A stretch of 64,000 nucleotides of DNA from Prevotella sp. (GTDB lineage: Bacteria; Bacteroidota; Bacteroidia; Bacteroidales; Bacteroidaceae). Made by a program: the position numbers and the translations under genes. The stretch lies in NCBI GenBank assembly GCA_017467535.1, contig JAFUST010000104.1, forward strand, positions 5,131 through 69,130, given 5' to 3'. Shown piece after piece: positions 37,455 to 45,872 of the stretch (position 1 is its first letter; each line of letters starts with the position of its first letter). Below the pieces are notes generated by a model. The model saw only the letters and a list, made by a program, of their open reading frames with translations. It ran no database searches and was not told where the DNA came from.

Positions 37455-37847
37455 ATGAGGAAAACACTCTTATTGTTGGCTGCCGCCGTGATGCTCACCG
37501 CCTGCCAGGAGTCGCTCGAGGAGCGTGCCGCCCGCGAGGCTCGCGAGGTGACGGAGACGAAGTGCCCCATGCCTATCGGCAACAACATGATGCTGGACAG
37601 CATCGTGTTCGACATCCCCACCCTCACGCAGTCGCAGTACTTCCGCTTTACGGGCCTGAACGACAATGACAGCGTGGTCTTTGCCCTGCGCGACGCCAAG
37701 GCCGTGCTGGTGAATGAACTGAAGAGCACGACGACCTACCGGGCGCTGATGGAGCGTGGCGTGAGTTTCCGCTACGTCTACCGCTCGAGCAGGAATCCCG
37801 AGAAGGTCTATCTGGAAACGACGCTCACGCCCGAGGACTACCAGTAG
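37455..37847 (+). CDS. Hypothetical lipoprotein
   Basis: Lipobox LTAC after a hydrophobic stretch; host-like codon usage. Confidence 0.75.
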   Translation: MRKTLLLLAAAVMLTACQESLEERAAREAREVTETKCPMPIGNNMMLDSIVFDIPTLTQSQYFRFTGLNDNDSVVFALRDAKAVLVNELKSTTTYRALMERGVSFRYVYRSSRNPEKVYLETTLTPEDYQ

Positions 37848-38321
37848 TTACTGCACGATCTTGAAGCGCACGCGGAACGAGCGCTCGTGCTCATCCCAGT
37901 TGGTGCCCAGCATCTCGAAGCGGCCTATCTGCGAGGTGGAGCGCACGTGGCGGCCAATGCAGGGACAGACGTCGTAGTCGCCAATGCGCACCAGGCGAAT
38001 GGCCTCGCTGGCATCCTGCGGCAGGCGGTCGAGGGTAACGCCCTCGGGCAGGCTGTCGCGGGTGACAAACTCGAACGTGACGGGCAGATCCTCGTCTATC
38101 AGCAGGTTCATCCTGCGCTCTATCTCCTTCTCCTCCTGGCGGCTGGGCTTACGGTCCAGGTGGAAACTCATCTTGCTCTTCTTGCGCTCCACGTGGGCGT
38201 TGTAACTGCGCTCGCAGCCAAAGAGCCGCTGCATGGTCTGGTTGAGCAGATGCTCGGCCGTGTGGGCCGGTGGAAACTCATCCTTGTTGTGGTCGTTCAG
38301 CACGATCTCGTCCATGTTCAT
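37848..38321 (-). CDS. AlaX-like free-standing aminoacyl-tRNA editing domain (tRNA_SAD)
   Basis: HTAEH (HxxxH) and CIGRH (CxGxH) zinc ligands; IRLVRIGDYD. Confidence 0.85.
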   Translation of the reverse strand: MNMDEIVLNDHNKDEFPPAHTAEHLLNQTMQRLFGCERSYNAHVERKKSKMSFHLDRKPSRQEEKEIERRMNLLIDEDLPVTFEFVTRDSLPEGVTLDRLPQDASEAIRLVRIGDYDVCPCIGRHVRSTSQIGRFEMLGTNWDEHERSFRVRFKIVQ

Positions 38322-38336
38322 CCTGCAGCAGTCTTT

Positions 38337-38939
38337 TCATTCCACATAGTCCATCTTCACCACGATGACGCGCAGGTGCTGGTCCTTCTTGCGGGTCTGC
38401 ACCTTGGCGATGTGCCAGTCGGTGGGGAAGAAGATGACGAAGCGGCCGGCCTTCACGTCGAAGAAGTTGGTTTTCTCCTTCACATAGTTGTAGCGCACCA
38501 CGTCCTTCTTCTCGTCATAGGGCTTGCTGATGGTGCTCGAGGCGTGGTCGAGCAGGGCGAAGCCCTCGGTTCCGCTCACCACCAGTTGGAAGTCAATCTT
38601 CCGCCGGTGGCTCTCCGTGTTGCGTTTCTCCAGGGGCCCGTTCTCCGAGTCCTCCACGCTGGCCACGAGGGTCGAGTTGGGGATGGGGTGCCTTCCGGCT
38701 GTGATGGCCTGCAGGTCGGTCGTGCGGAGCCACTGGAAGAGGGTCTGCCACTGGGCCGTGTTCTTCTGGTACTGCTCCATGAAGGTCTGGGCGTCCAGCG
38801 TCTTGTGGGGCTTGGCGGCCGTAAAACCGTTGCGCCACTCGCCCCGTTTCAGCCATTGGCGGGCCTCAGGGGTGGTCTGTGCGCCCATACCGGCCACGAG
38901 GGCCAGCATGAGCAGCAGCGAAAATAGTCTCTTAGTCAT
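38337..38939 (-). CDS. YhcH/YjgK/YiaL family protein with signal peptide
   Basis: ESHRRKIDFQ, YDEKKDV and FVIFFPTDWH motifs; N-terminal signal peptide. Confidence 0.8.
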   Translation of the reverse strand: MTKRLFSLLLMLALVAGMGAQTTPEARQWLKRGEWRNGFTAAKPHKTLDAQTFMEQYQKNTAQWQTLFQWLRTTDLQAITAGRHPIPNSTLVASVEDSENGPLEKRNTESHRRKIDFQLVVSGTEGFALLDHASSTISKPYDEKKDVVRYNYVKEKTNFFDVKAGRFVIFFPTDWHIAKVQTRKKDQHLRVIVVKMDYVE

Positions 38940-39002
38940 AGGCGTTCTTTGTAAGCGTATATCTGATAGTAGTTTGTAGTTCGTCTGTACCCCGTGGGCG
39001 GC

Positions 39003-40727
39003 TCAGCGCAGTTTGTAGACCACGGCTCCGCGGGCCTCCAGCGAGACCTCCACGGGCGTGCCCTTGATGAGCACCAGGCTCCGCTCCTCTCCACTGAGCA
39101 GGTCTTCGGCGCGGTAGGCCCGCTCCTGCATCTCCAGGTAGTCGTAGGCGTGGTCGGGGATGCAGAGTTGCATGGTCAGGGGCTGGTCGTCGAAGTTGGC
39201 CACCACGAGCATCACGTCCTTGCCGGCCTTGCGCAGGAAGGCGTACTGGCGGGCATACTGGCGGTTGGCATACATCACGTCGAACATCTGGCCCTGGCTG
39301 ACGCACTTTTCCGTGCGGGCTATGTTAAGCACGCGGCTGTAGACCTCTTGCAAGCCCCCTAAGTTAGGGGGTTGGGGGTCTGAACAAGCGTCCTGACCCT
39401 TGTCCTCGTTCTTGCCCTCGTTCAGACCCCTGTCGCCCCCTAACTTAGGGGGCAAAGTAAGCGTAGGGGGCATAGAGAGCGACCAGTAGTCGAAGATGGT
39501 GGTGCGGCCGTCGCGACCGCTGAAGCCCTCGGCGTCCATGCCACGCTCGCCCCACTCCTGTCCGAAGTAGAGCATGAAGGGGCCCTTCTGCATGAGTGCG
39601 CTGACCACCAGTCCGGGCACGCCTTTCTCGCCTGAGCCGGCAAAGAAGTCGCTGGCCAGTCGCTGCTCGTCGTGGTTCTCCAGGAAGTAGAGCATGTGGT
39701 CGCGTATGTCATCGGTCTGCTGCCAGGCCTGGGTGATGGCCTCCGAGGTACGGCGGTGGCAGATGACGTCGCGCATGGCGTCGTACATGCCCACCTTGTC
39801 GTACAGGTAGTCGAAGCCCGAGGCGATGTAGCGGCGATACTCGGCGGGGTTGTACACCTCGCCGATGAAGCGCACCTCAGGGTAGGCCTCGCGCACGCGG
39901 GCCGTGGCCCATGCCCAGAACTCGGCTGGCACCATCTCGGCCATGTCGCAGCGGAAGGCGTCCACGCCCTTCTGGGCCCAGAAGAGCAGTATGTGGAGCA
40001 TCTTGGTCCACGTGTCGGGCGTGGGCTGGAAGTGGCCCACGTGGCCGGCATAGTAGTCGACGCCGTAGTTCAACTTGACGGTCTCATACCAGTCGTTCCG
40101 TCCGGGCGCGTTGTGGAAACAGTCGTTGCCCGTGGCCTTGGCGGGCGTCTCCGTATATGGCTCACGCTCACCATGATAGAGGTCGAAGTATGGCGTAAAG
40201 GTTTGGCCGGGACAGTAGTAGAAGTTGTTCTTCTGCGGGTCGAATCCCACCTCGGGGTTGTCGTCCTCGCCCAGGTCGCGCACGCCCTCGGGTCGGGCCA
40301 CCGAGTGGTACTGACGGGCCACGTGGTTGGGCACGAAGTCGATGACCACCTTCAGGCCGGCACGATGGGTGCGGCTGACGAGGCGCTCGAACTCCTGCAT
40401 GCGCTGCTCCACGTCTTCGGCCAGGTCGGGGTCCACGTCGTAGTAGTCCACGATGGCGTAGGGCGATCCGGCGCGTCCCTTCACCACGGCGGGGTGCTGG
40501 CGTGGCAGGCCGTAGCGGGTGTAGTCGGTGGTGGTGGCGTGGCGGATGATGCCTGTGTACCACACGTGGCTGACGCCCATCTGGCGTATCTGGCGGAGCA
40601 CCTTGGGAGTGAAGTGGTTCAGTTTGCCGCAGCCGTTGTCCTCGATGCTGCCGTTGGGGATACGCGCCGTACAGTTGTTACCGTACAGGCGCGTGAAAAT
40701 CTGGTAGATGACAATCTTGTCGCTCAT
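39003..40727 (-). CDS. GH13 alpha-amylase family protein, with a repeat-derived in-frame insertion
   Basis: IDFVPNH, DAFRCDMA, FIGEVY and FLENHD conserved regions. Confidence 0.92.
   Translation of the reverse strand: MSDKIVIYQIFTRLYGNNCTARIPNGSIEDNGCGKLNHFTPKVLRQIRQMGVSHVWYTGIIRHATTTDYTRYGLPRQHPAVVKGRAGSPYAIVDYYDVDPDLAEDVEQRMQEFERLVSRTHRAGLKVVIDFVPNHVARQYHSVARPEGVRDLGEDDNPEVGFDPQKNNFYYCPGQTFTPYFDLYHGEREPYTETPAKATGNDCFHNAPGRNDWYETVKLNYGVDYYAGHVGHFQPTPDTWTKMLHILLFWAQKGVDAFRCDMAEMVPAEFWAWATARVREAYPEVRFIGEVYNPAEYRRYIASGFDYLYDKVGMYDAMRDVICHRRTSEAITQAWQQTDDIRDHMLYFLENHDEQRLASDFFAGSGEKGVPGLVVSALMQKGPFMLYFGQEWGERGMDAEGFSGRDGRTTIFDYWSLSMPPTLTLPPKLGGDRGLNEGKNEDKGQDACSDPQPPNLGGLQEVYSRVLNIARTEKCVSQGQMFDVMYANRQYARQYAFLRKAGKDVMLVVANFDDQPLTMQLCIPDHAYDYLEMQERAYRAEDLLSGEERSLVLIKGTPVEVSLEARGAVVYKLR
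39354..39453 (-). repeat. Palindromic REP/MITE-like element in frame inside the GH13 gene (copy 2)
   Basis: Same arms as 8268-8370, longer central loop, no 30-bp nested insert. Confidence 0.92.
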
Positions 40728-40742
40728 CGCCTGTCCCCCGCA

Positions 40743-41630
40743 TTATTCAATCCCGTGGGCGCTGACCTCGCGGTTGATCTTGGCAATCATGCCCTGCAGG
40801 GCCTTGCCGGGGCCGCACTCGGTGAAGTCGTCGGCACCGTCCTGGATCATCGACTGCACGCACTGGGTCCAGCGCACGCTGGAGGTGAGTTGGGCTATCA
40901 GGTTCTGCTTGATCTCCTGGGGGTCGGTGTGGGGACGGCCATCCACGTTCTGATAGACGGGGCAGCGGGGGGTGCTGAACTCGGTCTGCTCGATGGCGGC
41001 CTGCAGTTCGTCCTTGGCGGGCTGCATCAGGGGGCTGTGGAATGCGCCGCCCACCTTCAGCGGCAGGGCGCGCTTGGCTCCGGCAGCCTTCAGGGCCTCG
41101 CAGGCCTCGCCCACGGCCTCCACGTTGCCCGAGATGACCAGTTGGCCGGGGTTGTTGTAGTTGGCGCAGACCACCACGTGGCCCTCGCGGTTGATGCCGG
41201 CGCAGATCTGCTCCACCTGCTCGTCGGGCAGTCCGATGATGGCAGCCATCGTGGAGGGCTGTGCCTCGCAGGCCTTCTGCATGGCCATGGCGCGGGCGTA
41301 GACCAGGCGCAGGCCGTCCTCAAAGGTCAGGGCTCCGGCGGCCACGAGGGCTGAGAACTCTCCCAGCGAGTGTCCGGCCGTCATGGCGGGCTGGAAGGCC
41401 TCGCCCATGCAGAGGGCCGAGATGACGGAGTGGAGGAAGACGGCCGGCTGCGTGACCTTGGTCTGACGCAGGTCCTCGTCGGTTCCTTCGAACATGATAT
41501 CTGTGATTCTGTAGCCCAGAATCTGGTTAGCCTTCTCGAAAAGTTCCTTGGCCGTGGGGTTCTGGTCATAGAGGTCGCGACCCATGCCCACAAACTGTGC
41601 TCCCTGTCCGGGGAATACAAATGCTTTCAT
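40743..41630 (-). CDS. fabD: Malonyl CoA-ACP transacylase
   Basis: FPGQGAQ, TQPA, GHSLGE and GAFHS motifs. Confidence 0.96.
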   Translation of the reverse strand: MKAFVFPGQGAQFVGMGRDLYDQNPTAKELFEKANQILGYRITDIMFEGTDEDLRQTKVTQPAVFLHSVISALCMGEAFQPAMTAGHSLGEFSALVAAGALTFEDGLRLVYARAMAMQKACEAQPSTMAAIIGLPDEQVEQICAGINREGHVVVCANYNNPGQLVISGNVEAVGEACEALKAAGAKRALPLKVGGAFHSPLMQPAKDELQAAIEQTEFSTPRCPVYQNVDGRPHTDPQEIKQNLIAQLTSSVRWTQCVQSMIQDGADDFTECGPGKALQGMIAKINREVSAHGIE

Positions 41631-41676
41631 TTCCTTTTTCTATTTTTTTATGATGAATAAATCGTTGTTCGTGGTG

Positions 41677-41684
41677 CAAAGGTA
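41677..41684 (-). promoter_or_regulatory. -7 promoter element (TACCTTTG) for fabD
   Basis: TAnnTTTG match upstream of fabD. Confidence 0.65.
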
Positions 41685-41706
41685 ATCATTTTTTGCGACA
41701 TACACA

Positions 41707-41745
41707 AAAGATAGGCGAAAAAAGTACACCTTTCCGCCTATCTTT
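41707..41745 (-). terminator. Hairpin closing the accessory operon
   Basis: aaagataggcg...cgcctatcttt just past the 41765 stop. Confidence 0.7.
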
Positions 41746-41764
41746 CTGATGTTCGACGTACCGC

Positions 41765-43138
41765 TCAACGACACTTTTTGTAACTGTCATCCGTCACTGT
41801 CACGATATACTTCCGACGTTTCCACTGGGCCAGCACGTTTCTCAGCCTCCGCTCGTCCACATCGCGCCCCTGTTTCTCGTAGGTCTGCTTCAGGGCCTCG
41901 AAGGTGAAGATGCCCTCTGCATCGCACTCCACAGCCGTGAGGATAGACCTGGGGCCGGGGTGGCTGTCCAGCAGCACATCGGTGGCCTTCCTGATGTCCT
42001 CGGCAAAGAGGAAGTACTTCAGGAAGAGGTCTGTCTGCATAGACCAGCGGCAGTAGGCCTCTATTTCCTTCTCCCACACCATGCCGTTGGCGGCATAGAT
42101 CAGGCAAGCCTTGCGGAAGGCGGCCACCAGCGCACGGTGGCTCAGCGAGTCGAGTATGCGGTCTTGCGTCAGCGTGGTGAACTCGTCTATCTCGGCCTTC
42201 AGTTTCCTGGCCATCCGCTGTGCCTCCTGGCAGACGATGATGCCAGTGGCCTGCTTCAGGTGTTCGATAAACGGGCGGATGCTCTCATCGTACTGCCGGT
42301 CATAGTCGCCGTAGACGGGTATGGGCGAGCCTATCTCCACCTCGGGGATGCCGCCCATGGTGATGCGCGACAGCGGGCCCTCGCCGTGAATGTAGCGGAA
42401 GTACTTCTTCAACTTGGGCTCCGTGGTGTCGGCCACCCAGTTCAGCCGCAGACAGCCGTCGGCATTCACGCTCTGCGCCCCCACGCGATCCTGGCCGAAG
42501 TCGTTGCCCTCGTCGTCGGCCGTCTTGAGCACGCTGAACGAGTTGGCCTTGCCCTTGGCACCTTCCACCTTGTCCCAGTCCTCAAACTCGTTCATCTTCA
42601 GGAAAAGGAATCCTCCCCGGCAGTCCTCCATAGCCTGATTTAGGCGGGGACGCGTGATATCCGGAAACAGCCAGTGTATCTCCAAATCGTTAGGACGCTC
42701 GGGCTTATCCCTGTCCTGACGGGCGCGGTTGTAGGCCTCGTTGTATTCCTTCAGCCGCCGGCGGTTGCGCTTGTCGGATGCCTTGATGTCGGCCAGTATG
42801 TGTTTGATGGGCAGCGTGATGCACTCCTTTCCCCCACCCTCGTGGGCCACCAGCAGACAGTTCATGCGCAGTTCGCGGGTGCGGTTGTCAATGTAGACGA
42901 ACGACAGACCCTGCGCATAGATGGAGAAGGCCACGGGCACTGCCTGCGCCACCGTGCCCTTCAGCAGGTCGGGCGTCTGGCTGATGGCGGCCTCTATCAC
43001 CCTGGGTAGCCGCACGGGCAAGGGCGGCTGTTGGTGGCCGGCGAACACCTCAGCCCACGACTGTGCCTTGTTCTTGGTTTGACGACTCCTGTTGACGATT
43101 CTCTTGCTGCTGTTGTTGTCTTGCTTTGATTTTGCCAT
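41765..43138 (-). CDS. DUF3987/VirE-associated NTPase-like protein with C-terminal winged-helix-like segment
   Basis: Degenerate Walker A LVAHEGGGKE, LRLNW, GPLSR; ends RNVLAQWKRRKYI; start ATG 43138 or 43162. Confidence 0.6.
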   Translation of the reverse strand: MAKSKQDNNSSKRIVNRSRQTKNKAQSWAEVFAGHQQPPLPVRLPRVIEAAISQTPDLLKGTVAQAVPVAFSIYAQGLSFVYIDNRTRELRMNCLLVAHEGGGKECITLPIKHILADIKASDKRNRRRLKEYNEAYNRARQDRDKPERPNDLEIHWLFPDITRPRLNQAMEDCRGGFLFLKMNEFEDWDKVEGAKGKANSFSVLKTADDEGNDFGQDRVGAQSVNADGCLRLNWVADTTEPKLKKYFRYIHGEGPLSRITMGGIPEVEIGSPIPVYGDYDRQYDESIRPFIEHLKQATGIIVCQEAQRMARKLKAEIDEFTTLTQDRILDSLSHRALVAAFRKACLIYAANGMVWEKEIEAYCRWSMQTDLFLKYFLFAEDIRKATDVLLDSHPGPRSILTAVECDAEGIFTFEALKQTYEKQGRDVDERRLRNVLAQWKRRKYIVTVTDDSYKKCR

Positions 43139-43167
43139 AACTCTAAAAAACTTTTTGTACATTAAAA

Positions 43168-43599
43168 CTAAAAAAATCTCCTCAGTTCCACTCCCGCCTG
43201 CCGGGCCATGCTGTAGAAGGTGGCGATGGTGGTGCGCCCGTCATTCTGCCGCAGGCACTCCTGCCACTTCCGTTCGCATTGGGCCCGCCTGTACTTTGCG
43301 CTGTTGCTGCACAGCAGGTGATAGAGGTGGCCGCCGTCGGGGCCCAGCCCGTTGGCCAGGCTGAAGCCCAGTCGCACATAGTCATCATACGACTCGGCAA
43401 TGTTGGCCCCCAGATGCATCAGTTCGCGCGTCACGGCCGTGGCCCGGGCCAGTTCCTCCTCGTGGGAGGAACCGCCCTGAGCCGGGGCTCCAGCAGTCAG
43501 CCGGGGTCTTTCGGGCCGCCCGTGCCTCTCTTCTTCCGGCTTGATCCAAGCCAGCGGGTTGAAGTTTGCCGGTGTCTTGTCCATACTGCTATCTGTCAT
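43168..43599 (-). CDS. PriCT-2 (primase C-terminal 2) domain protein
   Basis: NIAESYDDYVRLGFSLA...G...YH...SAKY...KW...TIATFYSMARQAG. Confidence 0.8.
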   Translation of the reverse strand: MTDSSMDKTPANFNPLAWIKPEEERHGRPERPRLTAGAPAQGGSSHEEELARATAVTRELMHLGANIAESYDDYVRLGFSLANGLGPDGGHLYHLLCSNSAKYRRAQCERKWQECLRQNDGRTTIATFYSMARQAGVELRRFF

Positions 43600-44153
43600 T
43601 TGTCAGTTGTCAGATTGACATACACCTCGGGATCATGGCACAGATAGCACGCCCTCGACACGTTCCTCACCGAGGCATCGGCCTGGCGCGTGCTCAGCCC
43701 ATAGGTCTGCATCAGATAGTTGCGCACGCCGTCGAACCACTGGCCGTAGCCGCACAGGCTCAGGTCTATCTCCAGGAACCACTTCAGACCCATGCCAAGG
43801 GGCGAGCGGAATGCCATCAGCGTGCGGAAGTTCTGGTCGGCTATCAGCCTCGACTTCAGTCCCGTCACGTCCTCCAGATGGTCCAAGTCCATGCAGAGCA
43901 CGCCTGAATAGCGCTGCAGCGAGGCATCGTTGCAATAGGAAAACACGCCAGCGGGCGTCACATAGGGAAACTGCCAGCCCTTGTAGCGGCGGGCCTCGGC
44001 CTCGTCATTGATCAGGCGCAGGTGGGCTGTCTGAGGCTTCAGCCACGTGCTCTTCACGGCCTGGGCCACCTGGGCCAGCGTCACCGTCTGCTGCGGCACC
44101 TTGTTAGTTATAGGTGCGCGGAAAAACGACATCTCGAATCCGTTCTCCATCAT
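43596..44153 (-). CDS. BT4734/BF3469 family (VirE N-terminal domain) protein
   Basis: PYVTPAGVF, SGVLCMDLDH, FRSPLGMGLKW, RACYLCHDP. Confidence 0.85.
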   Translation of the reverse strand: MMENGFEMSFFRAPITNKVPQQTVTLAQVAQAVKSTWLKPQTAHLRLINDEAEARRYKGWQFPYVTPAGVFSYCNDASLQRYSGVLCMDLDHLEDVTGLKSRLIADQNFRTLMAFRSPLGMGLKWFLEIDLSLCGYGQWFDGVRNYLMQTYGLSTRQADASVRNVSRACYLCHDPEVYVNLTTDK

Positions 44154-44554
44154 CTTGCTGCCTCCTCCGTTTTCATCAACAGTTCCCTTAGCAACGCGCT
44201 CATCTGCCCGTGGCCCATCAGACAGGTCATCAGTTCCACGGTCTCGCAGACAAAGGCCCGCTGCCAGTCGATGCCCTCGCTGCGGAAGGCCTTCAGCGTC
44301 AGTTGGACAGCCTTGTCCTTCGTTCCTGACAGTCGCCCGTGGGCTGCCTTGCTGATGAGGGTCGACTGCGAGCGACTCCTTGCCGGACGCTCTGACACGT
44401 TCAGGGTGCCGTCTGGCATCGCCTGAACCTTGCAGGTGGCGCAGAACGGCTCCATCACCGGCACAGTTTCATCGGCAACAAACTCTACGAAATGCAAACC
44501 TCTCTCGTCCTGATAATAGGTTGTCAGGCCAACCATACTCATTGCTTGTAACAT
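44150..44554 (-). CDS. Hypothetical protein
   Basis: 134 aa ORF, ATGA-coupled to the BT4734-like gene. Confidence 0.65.
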   Translation of the reverse strand: MLQAMSMVGLTTYYQDERGLHFVEFVADETVPVMEPFCATCKVQAMPDGTLNVSERPARSRSQSTLISKAAHGRLSGTKDKAVQLTLKAFRSEGIDWQRAFVCETVELMTCLMGHGQMSALLRELLMKTEEAAR

Positions 44555-44601
44555 TTTTTTTCTTTCGCCCTCATGTGAGAGGACTCAAGAATGGCGCCTA
44601 T

Positions 44602-44648
44602 GGTCGGCATTAATGCCAATTAACGCCGACCGGCCATTAACGCCGACC
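44602..44648. repeat. 12-bp direct/inverted repeat cluster TTAA(C/T)GCCGACC
   Basis: Inverted copy 44602-44613; exact direct copies 44620-44631 and 44637-44648. Confidence 0.8.
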
Positions 44649-44750
44649 GCCAAATGGCACCAAAAGAAATCCGCAAGCACCTGTCAGACAAGTACTTGCA
44701 GAAAATACCAAAAATCTGAAAAAAATGATTCTACCGACTTTCAGTCCGAC

Positions 44751-45872
44751 TCAAACGCGGATGTCTGTATTCAGGCCGTTGGCCAGCGCATCGGCCGTGT
44801 CTTTCCGTTCGTCGTGTTCCTGCTGAAAGTCCAGATAGTCCTGCAGAACCTCGCCGAAGTCCGTCTCAGGGTCGAGTATTCTTGCGATTTTGTCCAGCGT
44901 CACGTTGCTCCCATGCAACTTTGCTCCCTTGCTGAACTGAGAGGTCTCAAGGTCTACCGTTTCATAACCGCCAACTGTCTTATTGTCAACGCACTCCTTG
45001 TGCCTTACCCTCACTTGGAAATGGGCACAGACAATCTGCCATTTCGTGAACCCATCGGGAATAGTGAGAAACTTCTCAATCTGCAGAACCAGGTATTTCA
45101 GGAGCACAATTTCCTGTATCCATATCACCTTCGCCGGTGTGGTCGTATTCTGGAACAAATCGATAAAATCCTTCTGATTCGTGCCCATGTCGATGTAGCG
45201 CCCCTTGAGGCTATTGTAGAAAGCCTGCAAGCGCTGTCCTCGGTCGGAGCGTTGCGGCTGGTAGTCGAAAGTCTGGACAATGCTCTTCACGTCCTTTGCC
45301 TTGCGGCCGCTTTTTGCCTTTGGAACCAGCGGATGGGAATCTGTCAGAGCCGCCATGATGAGATCTGTCAGAAGAACCTCGCTCACAGTATACTGATTGA
45401 TCCACTCAGACAACCCCTCGGCACACTGGTCCAGGCTATGGAAGAACGCTTGCTCTTCATCCTGGTCTACCATTGTGCACTTCTCCTCAACAGCCGTTGT
45501 GAGCAGGTCGTAAAGCGTGTCACAATAGCGCGAGCAGCAGTGATGCCCCAATGTCTCGCGAACAATATAGAATACGGCCGTGGCCACCAGCATGCGGTCT
45601 TTTTCCGAGGCATCGCTCTGCCACTGCCGCCTGATGTTGATAATCAGGTTTGTCCATAGGCTGCTGACAAACACCTGAGTGGGCTGTTCTTCTGACAGCA
45701 CACTGTCCATCACCTCGGCAACCACACAGAACACATCCTCTGCCTCCACCATCAGGCCGTCCATCAAGGCCATGCGTGGCGTAAAAGCCTCGCTGCAGGC
45801 CAACATCAGCGGGTGGTCATGCAATTTGCTTCTTAGCCTTTGCGTCTGGCTTGGCAGTAACGGTTTCCTCAT
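44751..45872 (-). CDS. Hypothetical protein (~370 aa)
   Basis: Long ORF overlapping the upstream gene end; no family recognised; start uncertain. Confidence 0.65.
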   Translation of the reverse strand: MRKPLLPSQTQRLRSKLHDHPLMLACSEAFTPRMALMDGLMVEAEDVFCVVAEVMDSVLSEEQPTQVFVSSLWTNLIINIRRQWQSDASEKDRMLVATAVFYIVRETLGHHCCSRYCDTLYDLLTTAVEEKCTMVDQDEEQAFFHSLDQCAEGLSEWINQYTVSEVLLTDLIMAALTDSHPLVPKAKSGRKAKDVKSIVQTFDYQPQRSDRGQRLQAFYNSLKGRYIDMGTNQKDFIDLFQNTTTPAKVIWIQEIVLLKYLVLQIEKFLTIPDGFTKWQIVCAHFQVRVRHKECVDNKTVGGYETVDLETSQFSKGAKLHGSNVTLDKIARILDPETDFGEVLQDYLDFQQEHDERKDTADALANGLNTDIRV

